Positions 28,988 to 42,074 of a stretch of 64,000 bases of DNA are shown piece after piece. A program made the translations under genes and the position numbers. The DNA is from the human T2T-CHM13v2.0 reference genome, Homo sapiens. The DNA lies in NCBI RefSeq assembly GCF_009914755.1, contig NC_060929.1; one strand, 5' to 3'. The stretch's first letter is position 1. Every line of letters begins with the position of its first letter. Below the pieces are notes generated by a model, which was not told the origin of the DNA, did no database searches, and saw nothing but the letters and a program-made list of their open reading frames with translations.

Positions 28988-29304
28988 TTTTTTTTCTTTC
29001 TTTCTTTCTTTTTTTTTTTTTTGAGATGGAGTCTTGCTCTGTCTCCCAGGCTGGAGTACAGTGGCATGACCTTTGCTCACTGCAACCTCCGCCTCCCAGG
29101 TTCAAGTGATTCTCCTGCCTCAGCCCCTCTTGTAGCTGAGATTATAGGCAAGTACCACCACACCCAGCTAATTTCTGTATTTTTAGTAGAGATGGGGTTT
29201 TGCCATGTTGGCCAGGCTGGTCTCGAACTCCTGACCCCAGGTGATCCACCTGCCTCGGCCTCCCAAAGTGCTAGGATTACAGGCGTGAGCCACCATGCCC
29301 GGCC
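28988..29304 (-). mobile_element. Antisense AluSx-type element
   Basis: T-rich tail then gagatggagtcttgctctgt...caccatgcccggcc. Confidence 0.93.
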
Positions 29305-29879
29305 ACGGTTCCGTGTATTTTAAAATTTAGAAAAGCAATCAGCTCTTTCTGTCAAGTGACGTTCTACACTCCAGGAACTTGGTTTGACTTACATAAATTG
29401 CAGCGTCGAGGTAGTATGTAAAGTAGTTAATGCCAATACATTTTGAAATATGGCCTAATTCACCATCTTGGGTAAGGGTGTATATCTATCTAATGATGCT
29501 TGCATTCAGCCTCCCGAGGTTGTCCTGCAGTCCTGCGTTCTGCCTCTATTCACCACATGGAAGGCGTAGGGCTGCTCGGCCAGGCACAGAGGTGTCCTAC
29601 ACCCTTCCCTCTGGCTGGAGCTGCTCAGAGAGGATGCTCTCTGCCTCCTGGCCAGCTCAGGGCTCTGAGTTTCCCAGGACCTCAGATAAGTTTGCCCCAT
29701 GTAAGCATGAAATTGAGTCATTTAATTCAGAAGCCTTTTCCACAGGATGGTGCTTATTTTAACGTCCTTTATAAAGAGCACTCCCAACCGCAGTTGACCT
29801 TCCTCTGCTCAGAGTGTACCTGGCAGTGGCATAGCATATACAACACACCTAAGAGCAGGCAATCAAAAGCGAGGATGTA

Positions 29880-30040
29880 CCCACCAGCAAACCTCTGGCC
29901 TCTGCCTCAGCAGCTGGTGGTCTTGGGCAAGTCACCTCACCTCTCTGAACCTCAGTTTCCTCATCTGTAAATGGGAATGATAGTACTGCTCACATATATT
30001 TAGATCAGTGACTAGCATGTTCTAAGCACTGAATAAATAT
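29880..30040 (+). mobile_element. MIR fragment
   Basis: MIR core ttgggcaagtcacctcacctctctgaacctcagtttcctcatctgtaaatggg. Confidence 0.8.
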
Positions 30041-33000
30041 TCAGTTTCTGTGTCTCCGTTATACAGATGGCTTCCTCCTGCCTCACTCGGGCTATTGGCC
30101 GGCATTGCTGCTGTTGCAGGTTACTGTCAATTTCAGCCTCCCCTTCCTTCATCTGCACACTCTTGGGGCTACAGTGGATTTAGCTGTTGATTGTATTGTA
30201 CTTGTTAGGATCTGGAAGCTGTCCTAAGAATGAAATGTTTTACTTCAGTGCCTGGCCTGATGAATTGTGGTGGCTCAACTGCAAAATTCTGTGTGTGGAA
30301 TGGGCACAATTACTGCAGAAGGGGGAGAGTCTTGCGTAAAGCACCTTTCCAGCTGTTCCGTCTTTCATCCTAGCTGCATGCGTATCCAGTGACCTAATAT
30401 TCAAAGGGTGGGTTCATTTATTCTCAGATATGTATTGGCCACCCACTGTGTGCCATCCCTATGATAGGCATTCAGCGCACAAGAATGAATGAAGGAGACA
30501 GAGCCCCGCTCCCCTGGCGAGCTCTGAGTGATGGGTTCCGTGTGACGTCTGCTTCCTTCTTTTACTCATCTTTGTTTTCTGTTTTTCTAAGTGATGTGGC
30601 TTTTTGTATATTTTTTTAGATGAGTTTTTTAAGTTCTCTCATAAAACCACAAACTGAATGTCATCTTTGATCATTTCAGTTACCAAATCAGAAAAACAAA
30701 ATCCCCCAGGCAGAAGTAGAAAGCCTCAGTTCTAAGAAAAGACAGATTTTTTTTAAGTTTGGTTAGAAATGTTACAAATTAAGTGTTTGTAAAATAGTAG
30801 AGCACTGAAAAGTGCTATTTAGTGTAAATTTTACACAACATGATCGAAGTTACAGTTGGAGATGGTGATAAAGTTATGTTTCAGACTCGAAGCAGGTATT
30901 TATTCTGATTGCTCTTCCTGGTGAGGGCCCAGTCAGCTAGTTAACATAAGCTGGTTGAGGTCAGCTAGTTAACGTTAGATCTCAGATCATTGTCCCTCCA
31001 TGAAAGACAAAAAGAGGTATTTCAAATTAAGCTTCCTCAATAAAAGATTGCTTTGGTCACTCAGGAAATACAGCCAACAGGTTTCTTTGGGTTAAATGGT
31101 CCTAAGAAGTTTCTTGCTTTCCAGAGCCTAGGGGAGTGCACTACGTGAGGCAGGTGTTTTTCAACTGTTTGCCTCTTCCCCGCCCTCGTTCCCTTTTCCA
31201 CTTCATAGCCAGAAAGCGTTTACCTGCCACGCCACAGGGCCGCCTGTGGGGCCTGCACGGCACCTCCGGCATTTCTCACTGGGATATGCTAAAAGCAAGA
31301 GTACAATGTTGGTCCAGGTGAGCCTCTGTGAACCCTTGAAGCCTAATGCGAGGGAGCTGCCACGTCTCTGGTTTGCCTACCCTTTTTAGTTGTATCTTTT
31401 AAATGCAGCCGTTTTTCATCCAGTATTTCATTCCAATTCATGTGTATGACAACACACTCAAGTCTTCCGAGATCAATCTTCACATCAGAAAAGCAGTGTG
31501 TGAGCATGTGAGTAGACAGTAGAGGGACTGGCATCCTCAAACACTGTCCTCACTCCTTCTTTTCCAGATACAGTGTTGAGTATGGTAAGCTGCTGGTTTT
31601 GAAAACGTTTTTTCTCACCGATTTTTTTTTCTTTAATTGTGGTTAAAAAAAAAATGTAACGTAAAGTTTACCGTCTTCACCATTTTTATGTCCTCACAGG
31701 TTTCTTTCTGTACCCCTAGTGTATCGGAGCCTATCACAATAGTCCTCCTCTTTTAAACTCTAAGTGGCAGATTTTAGTGAACGCTTCTTCTTGGAATTTG
31801 ACCTTATGTAAAGCAGCTTGGGTGTTGGCGTGAGCACGGAGGGCCTGTTGTTCACGTTAGAACAGCTGCTGATCAGCCCGAGTCTCCGTGAAGTTGCCCT
31901 GTGGAGAAGCTTGGGTGGGTGAGAGCCTGGGGCATAATAGCATTGATTAGGGAAATTGTTCTGGCTGCCTATAGTTACCCTTTTTTGTAACCATTGCTAG
32001 CAATAGCACTGTACTCTCTAATTCCCTTTAACCAAGTAATCATTTTTTGGCCTACTCTGTGTGAAACCTTCACGGAACCGCAAGACCCTTTTGTGAGGTT
32101 TCTGAATGACTGAACTGTAGTGGGCTGTAGGCTGTGACGGTTCACGGGAGTTAATACACTTTGTTCTTTAGGGGAAAATGGCTTTTATTAGGCCACATTC
32201 TCCTTTTGCTTTTGAATTGCTCTCAGAAAATTGGTCAGAACCCACCTGCAATTGATCTTTACCACATTAGACTCTTGTTCTTGAAGTAGAATTGTTTGCA
32301 GCGAAGACTGACTGCATCACCCACCACACCAGTCCGAGAGAGCCCCCTCTTCCTCAGGCAGAGCTTGCCCCAGAACTCATCGCAGAGCTTGGTAATTCAA
32401 ACCAGGTATTGCCGCCGTCTATCGAGAGCCATATGTTCTTGAGCCATACATGCCTCATTGTTGTGTCCAGGGCGGGGGTGTTCTGAGGAACAAAGGAAGA
32501 CGTGACAACTCGCAGTGTGAGAAGTCCCCAGCCACAGCTCTTGTTAGTTACAGCCATTAACTGCGTTCGTGCAAGACAGTGATATGACATGGTTTCTTTG
32601 GAGAACATGAAAAGTAGAATTCTGTTCTATGTGGTAATTGTTGAAGGTTCACATGCTTGCAACCAGAGATGAGTATTTCATTCTCTCGGGTGAAACACAG
32701 TAAGTTGTTTATTTTCAGTCATTTTGGAAAGAATTCAGGAAAGGAACCGATTTGATTTTGCCAATTGTCCATATGTCTGGGCCTAAAGAGGGACTTGGGT
32801 GTAGTCTTTGGAGGAGGCACATTGGTGGTGGGTCCCTGGCCCCTGGTCCAATTAAGGCTGTTTTGTTGTCTTGCTTGTTAGTCACCACATTCATTTTTTT
32901 AATAGTGAAAAGTTGAAAGGTTTAAAAAAATCTGTCTTCTGATATGAATCTCGCAAGTGTTAATGTGAGTCATGGAAAGTGAGATTTTCACAAATTGCAA

Positions 33001-36000
33001 TCCTAAATTCAATGCATGAGGTGGGAGCCCATGATAGAAACCCATTAAATATATAGAAGCAACGAAGATACTGTGAGAACTTGCACAAAATATGGTTAGA
33101 AAGAAAAGGGAATTTTTAAACTAGATAAATAAAATGGTAACTCTTTCAACTGAGGGTAGAAATTCTCTGAAAGCCAAGACCTCCGTCAGACGTAACATAC
33201 GAGATAGTGGCTGAATGTTTTCTAGTTCGGAATTTAATTTTTCTTAAAAAGCAGTAACGATTTGCACTGCTTCCTCAAAATAGTTATCACAAGTCTTTTG
33301 TACACAGAAAAGTTTTTTTTTTTTAATTAGCAAACCTGGTTTCAAAGATGTTTTGCAGCAAGAAGTTAAAAATATTCAAATGTGAGCATTGAGGTGCATC
33401 CCCAGGACAGCTCTTCTCTGGGCTAGAAAACACCCATTTAATCCTCCCCTATGGGGCCTCTCTTTTTGGGTAAAGCCAGTTGATTTGCTGGGAGATGGGA
33501 AGATTTTTAAAATAATTGTAGTGCCCTTTGAAATATTCTGTTGTTGGATTTTCTTAACAAGTTCTTAAAAGCCTTTAAAAAGGAATTTTAACTTTGTATA
33601 TGATTCTTTGGCAGAACATCCTTGATTTTTATTTCTTATGTGCTGTCAAGTACACAGATGTTTCCAATAGTTTTTGATTACTCTTTAAGGGCCTAAAAAA
33701 TCAGTGCCAGAAATAAAGTCTAGCTTAATCCTCCTTCTTCGGCAGCCCCTCTCTCCCCTTCCCACCCTTCCCCCACCCGCAGCCCATGGCTTTGAGCCGT
33801 CTGGAAAATTAATAAGACTCTGGAGAATGAGGCAGCCAGAGGGCAGGTGATGAGACAGTGCACTTCCCAGCGTCTGGGAGTGGGGGCTGCTAGAAGAATG
33901 TCAGGGAAGCCCAGTGGGTTTCTGCTGGGAGCTTCTCACGTGCGCTCAGTGAAGCAGCGGGTGGCATCACTGGGGAGCTCTAGCCAGACCCAGAGGCCTG
34001 GGAAGGGCAGGTCCAAGGGGCCATGGCAATCTGTACCCTCCTTCGGGGCCTGCAGACCGGTCCTGTGTTCCCGGAACAGGAAGCACCCCAGCTCTAAGTC
34101 ACGGGACTAACCACTCCATGAGTGTGGTTCTACAAGGAGAGTTCTTTTCCAGGCTGGGCCTCTGCCTTTGAGCTTTTAACATTAGCATCTTTGACTGTTC
34201 AGAGACCTGAAAAATTTAACATGGGTTTTCCACGGAGAAGTTTGTAAGATTGAGAAGGGGATTTATGAAAATTTTCCTTGTGGCCTAGCAAAGCTGATTC
34301 ACTTTGTTGATACTGTGCTTCATGGTAGAAGAGTTTGGTTTTGTTTTGGTCTTTGTGGTTGTCTAGTGGACATGTGTTTCTTATTCTGAATATCTGAACT
34401 TTCTCTTAAAAGATAGGCTCCTACAACAGGAGGATAATCAACAGCACACAGCATGGCAGAGGCTCCCAGAGGTCCTCAGCACAAGGGGGCAGCCCCAGAA
34501 CACAGCGGGAGTGTGAGCCATCGGAGGATGTGCGGGCTCCTGGGTCTCTGGGTGTGGGCTTGTGCTCAGTGGACTCCCAACAGGAATGTTTCCCAGCAGG
34601 AGGCTGGGCCATTTCCTCCTCCCTTCTCTCACTCCCACAGCCAGCCCCATAGCCCGCAGCACACTCTTGTGTCCCTGTAGTTTGTCTGGGCTACTGCCCT
34701 TTAGCAAGAGGTGACAGGGGAGAGCTGAGCGTCTGCAGGCTAAGCACAGGCAGAGTGAGCTCCTGAAGCCAGTGAGGAAAATCCAGGCTTCGTTTTGGGT
34801 TTTCAAATGCATTGCCTTCATTTTTAGAGCATATGTATCTTTTCTTTTTCATTTCACAAATATTTGAATGCTAGCTGGATGCGGAGCACAGTGCGAGGCA
34901 GGCTGAGGAGGAGACCCACTCCTAACAGCTTCTGTAAGTCACATGCCTACCACCACTGGCACTGGGGGACTCAGGGTGACTGTGCCCAGCCCCATCTCCG
35001 CCCTCCCAGTCCAGGGATGGAAAGTTCACAGAAGAGTAGGGTGAGCCTGCTTCTGGTGATGAAGGCAGACACACACACGTGTAACTCCAGCTGTGGCTCA
35101 CTTCAGAATTGAAGTGCCATGGAGGACAGGCACGAGAGGGACTTCTCGGAGCCAGTGGGGAGCTTAGAATAGAGGGGACGTGGGGGCTTTCAGCAAGAGG
35201 GATGGTATGGGCTACTTACAGGCAGGACCCCTCAGGAGGAGGAGGGAGGTGCTTCTGGCCACTGGGGGGGACCTTTGCCTCCTATGCTAAGGCCTTTGTG
35301 TGTGAGGGTTTTGCATAAGAGGATGACGTGTTTTTAGAAGGTCTCCTGCCAGCAGTGTTTAGATGGCTTGGAAGGAGAACCTGGAGTCTGTGAGGGAGGA
35401 AGCTCAGGAGCCCCTGCGGGACCCAGTGAAGTGATTGGTATGGGAGTGCAGAGAAAGGAAGTGATCGGAGAGCCGCGCAACATCTGCTCGACAGCATTTG
35501 GAGGGAAAAGAGTGGGGTTTTTTAGCTTGAGTGACTTGATGGTGATACTGTTACCCAAAAGACAACACCGGAAGAAAAAGAGATTTAGGGGGTGGGAGGG
35601 CATGATGAGTCATGTCCCAGACTCTGCATTGCGGGGACAGGGAAGCATCCAGTTGCCCAGCAGGGATCGAAAGTAGTCTGCAGTTGGGATGCTTGCTTTG
35701 CTCGGGAGGAGTCAGCTTGAGGGTGTGGTTGAAGAGTCCCTGCAGGGGGACAGTGGAGAAGCAGCAGAGACAGAACCTGGGACAGTCCAGAGACCAGGAG
35801 CTGCTCTCGGGATTCTTATGTAGAAAAAACAATGAAAAGATTCTTAGGTAGGAGGGATGTTAATGAGCGCATGAGCCCTGTCCCCACGGAGTTTACTGTC
35901 TAAGGGAACACACACCAGGGCTCAGGCCATCTGAAGCAGACAGTCATGAGAAGACCATGCACTTGTTTTACCGGCAGAGGCCATGGGGTGTGTGTTGTTA

Positions 36001-36794
36001 GAGAGTTTATGGATGAGCTTTGAAGGACCGGAAGAGTTTCAGTAGGCCTAGGTGAGAGTGAGCATGGTAAAAGGAGAGAAGGAGGGAAAGGAACGTCAGG
36101 CTGGAGGAACAGAAGGCCAGAAAATCCAGGACCTCTGGGAAACGAGCCGATGTCTGCAGAGCCTGTGGTGCCTGCTGCGTGTTGAGGCCTGAAGTGGGGG
36201 AGCCTAGAAGGAATCTGAGGGCAGAGGGCAGAGGGCCTCAGGAGCCACACCAAGGGGAGCCCTGGACAAGCAGGAGGAGGCGCTTGAAGGATTCTGAAGA
36301 GAGGCAGGTGTGCTTTGCTTCGGTTTCAGGGTCATAGCCCATTGCCTGTTCAGTCCCGTTCTTGTGGCTGCCTCTTTCCTGACCCAAGGGATGCTTAAAG
36401 AGCCCACATATTCCAAAGCATGGAACGCCCAACACTGGGTCAGAACAGAAATTTGGAACAGAACTTTATCTCATTTTATCACCATATTTCATGATAATCC
36501 CCCAGATAGCCTTCAAGCAGAGTTTTTTTTAGTCTGCTGTAAGTTAAAAAATGAGTGTATATATAATACCACTTTGTGAGGAAGGAAATAGAATGTCTCA
36601 GGTTCAAGAAATTTGGAAGCTCTTATGAAAAATCATATTTTCATACGGAGAGTGCAGTGATCACACAACCTCGGAGCACTCAGCTCACTCCGGGGCAGGG
36701 TGGCAGGAACCCACCTGGAGGACTTCCCAGCTGTACCTGAAGGCACCATGGCTCACACTGGCTGACCTGTCCTCTCTTCCTCTGTTCCCCCCAG

Positions 36795-37038
36795 CTCTCT
36801 GGTGGCTGTGAGCTGACAGTGGTGATCCATGACTTCACCGCTTGCAACAGCAACGAGCTGACCATCCGACGGGGCCAGACCGTGGAAGTTCTGGAGCGGC
36901 CGCATGACAAGCCTGACTGGTGTCTGGTGCGGACCACTGACCGCTCCCCAGCGGCAGAAGGCCTGGTCCCCTGTGGTTCACTGTGCATCGCCCACTCCAG
37001 AAGTAGCATGGAAATGGAGGGCATCTTCAACCACAAAG
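36795..37038 (+). CDS. TRIO: TRIO coding exon, first SH3 domain (LSGGCELTVVIHDFTACNSNELTIRRGQTVEVLERPHDKPDWCLVRTTDRSPAAEGLVPCGSLCIAHSRSSMEMEGIFNHK), 244 nt, phase 0-1
   Basis: Long pyrimidine tract then cccccag|CTC, donor AAAG|gtagga; SH3 motifs (HDF, ELTIRRG, W, GLVP). Confidence 0.97.
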
Positions 37039-38226
37039 GTAGGAATCAGTGGGGCATGGGTGGCAGACCCCTACTGGAAGTGGCCCTGGAGCGCTCTGTC
37101 TCCGCGCCTCTCCTGCCTGTTAATGTGCATGAGCTTCCTTGTCAGCTGTGCCTTCAGCACATGGTCACTGACTGTCCGGGCATTTCCAGTCCATCAGCAC
37201 CTGAAGAGGAAATGAGGATTTCACCCACGACTCAGAAATAATGAGTGATCTCCTCACTTCCAGGGCGGTGTAGTGAGATATGACATCAGTTTAGAGAAGA
37301 ACACTGATTTTGGAACATTCCAGTTGCTTCCTTCCTTTATCATCTGTGCCTTCTTCTGTGTGTCATGATACCTCCTGGAGGCCATCCCCTGGCTCCAGAG
37401 GGTTAGTCATTCCAGGGAGCTAATGAAGCTGCAAGAGAAAACAGCTACTGAGTAGTTCTCCTGATTAATTATAGGCCAAGCCATGTTCCGGATTTCTCAG
37501 GACCTAAATGTGAGTTTACTGTCACTTCGGTAAGAAACAGGAAGAATTAGGCTGTTGTTTCTCCAGAAATCTGAAGAGAAAGGCAGAGGATTTTCAGACT
37601 TTGGCCAAAAGCCAAAGGTGTCCACTTCCATTTCTGGTGAAGCTGCCCATGCATTTGGAACAGCGGTGGGCTTCCCCTCGTGGTGTCTTTGCATTTAGAG
37701 ATCTGAGCCATGCTGGCTTTTAGCCTGTTGCCAGAATGCTTTGCATTCAGTATATTCAGTTGCATCAATATAAGTCCTTGAATTTGAGTTGAAAATAAAG
37801 TACAACTTTTCCTGAAATTAGTCTGTTCTGCAGAGGGGCCCTGGTGAACTTAAGCATGCCTCAAATAACACTTGTTCTGAAGGATTTCTTCCGCATGTGC
37901 CTTTCCTGTGGTGTGTTCTTACTTCCTGGTGTTTGCAATTGCAGGCTAGCCAAGGCGAAAGAACTAGGCATTCATCACACTTGGCTTCGTCCGGAAAACT
38001 TCTGGTGGAGGTTGGGTTTTTGAATGTTGCTACGTTGTACCATTTTGTTTTTCCCTATGATACTCTCCGATATTCTTGTACCTGGAAAGTCACTCTGCCC
38101 CTCACAAACCCTCTAATGCCCTATTTTTACCAAGAAGGTGTTTCTTAATGAGCAAGACCTGCTGTGAACTTATGCCAGCCAGTGGTTAGGGGCTCAGAAC
38201 TGTATCCATTTTTTTCTTTTTTCCCT

Positions 38227-38308
38227 TATTTAATTATTTATTTATTTATTTTATTTTATTTTATTTTATTTTATTTTATTTTATTTTATTTTATTTTATT
38301 TTATTTTT
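38227..38308. repeat. (TTTA)n/(TTTTA)n microsatellite
   Basis: Directly visible. Confidence 0.95.
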
Positions 38309-38330
38309 TCCTGTAATGCAAGGAAACTCA

Positions 38331-38699
<369 letters not shown>

Positions 38700-38700
38700 T

Positions 38701-38765
38701 CAGAAGTAACATGGAAACGGAGGGCGTCTTCAACCACAAGGATAGGAAGCGGTAGGGCGTGGGTG
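38701..38765 (+). other. Diverged local duplicate of 36998-37062 (3' end of SH3 exon plus first 24 nt of intron)
   Basis: Ungapped alignment by eye, 56/65 identities; donor GT replaced by AT. Confidence 0.9.
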
Positions 38766-39864
38766 AGGTCCTGACCATGTCCACGTCCAGGAAACCAGGC
38801 AGCTTGACCAGAATCTCTGTCTAGGAGACAGAGGCCATCATCAAAAAGTCGGGCAACAAGGGATGAGGATTTAGACGTGGAGTCCAACAAAAGACATAGG
38901 AACTGCAGGAGCAGGAGGCCTCTGTCCCCTGGGAAGCAGAGACCCAGGCTTGCCTCTGCTCAGCCCCACAGTCCTCCCCCTTCTCCTGCCCTGTGTGTGA
39001 AGAGGGGTGCTGCCCCCACGACTGGAAAGACATTGGCATGTGCCGGCCTGCCCATGCCAGCCATCCACATGCCTCTGCCCGTCCACTCTCTCCTTTTGAG
39101 CCTCTTTTCAGTATAAGAGCTGTTCAGGCTTGAAGGATATGCAGCGAGCGAGTTAAACATGGCCCCTCTTTGCACACCATGGCATGCATCATTCTGGCAG
39201 CTGGGTAAGACCCCCTCCAGTATCAGATGTTCAGGCTGCCTTGCCTCACCCTCGCTTCAGAACTCAGGGACGGTATGGAACTGGCTTTACAGATTTGCCT
39301 CTTGTTGCTTGCTATTAAAGTTAGTTTCTTATATGTCTCTGACTCTTACTGCTCTGACCTTCTAGGCAGGAGGAAGGAGCACCTTCATTCAGTTCTAGTG
39401 TCTCTACATTTTCACAACCTCAGTGCCTCAGTAATTTTTTCATAACACCCTGATCCAACTTTCACATTTTTATGTCAAATGTAAAAAACATGCCTATTAA
39501 GGTCAAATGACTATTTATTTGCTTGCGAATAATAAGCTGTTTTAAGGATTGCAATGAGTCTAATTACTCAGATCAGCCAAGAAGGGTCCAGGATCATGAT
39601 GAGCCGTGCTCAGGTTCACGTGGTGGTTTTGAAGCTGGGCTAGACTTGGAAGTCTGTCGGACACTGAGAATCCATGGAATTTATGAAGACCAGATTTCTT
39701 TTATCGGCTATATATCCTTAAAATGATTTGGGAGAGGATAAAAATACAGCTTATTTTAAATGAACAAGAAATTCAATTACACAATTTGTTTTTCAAGGAG
39801 ATAATTTTGTGTCTGAAACAAGACTCTGCTGTGAACATCATTCCATTGAGAAATGCTATCTTGT

Positions 39865-39988
39865 GGCCAGGTGCGGTGGCACACACCTGTCATCACAGCT
39901 GCTCAAGAGGCTGAGGTGGGAGGATCGCTTGAGGCCAGCATTTTAAAACCAGCCTGGGTATCATAGCAAGACCCAGTCTCTTTAAAAA
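39865..39988 (+). mobile_element. FLAM-type Alu monomer
   Basis: ggccaggtgcggtggc...gaggatcgcttgaggccag...agacccagtctct; TSD-like aaatgc(t/c)atct. Confidence 0.85.
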
Positions 39989-40986
39989 ATGCCATCTGTT
40001 TTGTGGACGAAGTTTGCTTTGGAAGCTTGCATGTCCCGGTGTCCTTTGGGCCGGCCAGCCTTCGTGTCTGATGGCGCCTTCTGCTCTTGCTCTGGCTGTC
40101 CTTCCTCCGTCTCAGCATCTTGGTCATGAATTAAACAGACGCCGGGCATAGCAGGATTGAATAAGGGTTCAGCAAACCCTTGTGCTCCAGCAGTCTTATT
40201 TGTGTTTGTCGTTTATGCTGTCTGCCGTTACCTCAGAGGCTCTGGGGCTGGGGCCTAGGCCTGGAGGCTGTGTCTGTGCCCCCAGCGAGTCTCTTCTGCA
40301 TTCTGGGCTGAGGCCCACTCACCTCCCTTCACTCTCTTCCACTCGAGTGTGTAGTACGTGGGCTCACTGTTGAAATCGGTGTCACGTCACCATTGTTGAT
40401 GGCTCAGTAAATCCAAGTTCTCTTTCCTTCCCATTGTCTCAACTTGTAAAACTTGTCACTTTTATGTATTTATTGACAGTCTTGGTCACAGGAAGTAAAC
40501 AGAAATGTCAAGAATGTGTATATTTCCAGTGAGGCCAGTTCAAAACATCCTCTTTGCCCTACGCTGCCCTGCTTTTTTCACCTTTTCCCTTTCTTCCCAA
40601 CCAAGAGTCGCCCTACACAATGGTCCCTGGGGATTTAGCTCCAGTGTGATCGGAAGGAAAAGTAGCCAGGAAAAAGCAAAATAGTGTTGTCACAAACCTG
40701 GGCAAATGAGCGTCTCTCACTCTCTGCCGGATGCATTTCTGGAGTGCCCGGCATGAATCTTTTTGACTGATAGTGTTTTGAGGGTGGGACAGGAGTTCAT
40801 ACCCTGTCCTGGGGAGGGCCTTCCGTCACCCTCCCCACTCAGGACATCTGGAAAACCACCCCAGGGCCTGTGTCCCGCACTACTGCTGCCCAGAGCCTTT
40901 GCCATTCGAAGTTGAATCTGGAAGGCCCCTCTCAGACCCCATGGAATTTTTTTTTTTTTTTTTTTTTTTGCTGAAATAAGGCTTTA

Positions 40987-41090
40987 ACCAGGAGTTTGAG
41001 ACTACAGTGAGCTATGATCAAACCACTGCACTCAAGCCTGGACAACAGAGTGAGACCTCATCTCTAAAAAATAAATAAATAAATAAAATG
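40987..41090 (+). mobile_element. Old Alu right-arm fragment (AluJ/FRAM) with (TAAA)n tail
   Basis: ccaggagtttgagactacagtgagctatgatc...gacaacagagtgagacc. Confidence 0.85.
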
Positions 41091-42074
41091 AAATGGGCTT
41101 TAAGAAGAGACCTTTTGGTGGCAAGGGAGGAGTGAGTGGTGAGCTTGGAGGATGCGTTCTTCCTGTCAGGAGGCCTGAGATGGGGCGGGCGCAGGAGGCC
41201 TCCCAGGGTCTTGCCAGCTCTGACATTCTGAGTTCAGAGTTCTTAGAAGGCTTTATGAGCAAAGGCCGATTCAAAACTGCCGTTTCCTTACACCAACCCA
41301 TCATGTGATGACAGGTGGCCTTTTTGCTTGTGCTTTCAAATATGTCTAGAAGAAAACACCCACTTATAAAAATTAACCTTTACCACTCTAAAAGGCATTC
41401 ACAATTTTAAAGTTTTTTCTCCTTTGGATAGAGAAAAAGTATGGTTCAGTACCTGCATTTTATTTCGAAGAAGTTCAGAGTATGAGTCATCTGCAGTGAA
41501 TGAGAAAATTAAAGGGAAAAAAAACATGAGAAATAAAACCTTTTGCTTGTGGGTGACTTGAGCCTCTAAACCCAGGGGCTTTAAGTCAGGATGCTACGTT
41601 TTACTATGGTAAAATCTGTGCCAAAAACAGTCCCCCATAGTTTACCACAACTCCAGTGGGCACTACCAAGATCAGCTCTCAGGCTTGACCAGACTGGCTG
41701 CAGTAGTTAAGAGAAGACGCAGGGACTGTCTTTCGTAAGTGTAGTGATACATGATTGCTATTAATCAAATGGGGCATTTTTTTCTAACTCAAGTTAAAAA
41801 TGAGAAAGAGACATATTTTCATTCGGAACTGTCCGAAATGTTGACTTTTCTGTGGGTCCACCCTGCTTTTCTCCAAGCTCTCCTTGCTTCTCTCCAAGCT
41901 CTCTCCCAAGGGTTTTCTTGTCCACCCGAATAGTTTACTTTTCCACTTGACTGTCTTAGCAACTTTTTCAAATCTGAAGTATTCAGATTCCCTCTCCCAC
42001 CATCTCCCCACTTGTTCACCCAAGAACATGGCTAACGCACGTGAGGGTCTCTCCACTGCCCACCACAGTTTTTA

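Noticed and set aside
28970-29323. Alu-derived ORFs (also 9840-10058, 12839-13134, 13422-13667, 26686-27003, 38328-38606, 47696-47909)
   Set aside because: Typical translations of Alu sequence
30932-30973. 14-bp direct repeat gtcagctagttaac x2; also small tandems at 8103-8147 and 41875-41910
   Set aside because: Ordinary slippage duplications with two or three units; not CRISPR-like and no sign of function
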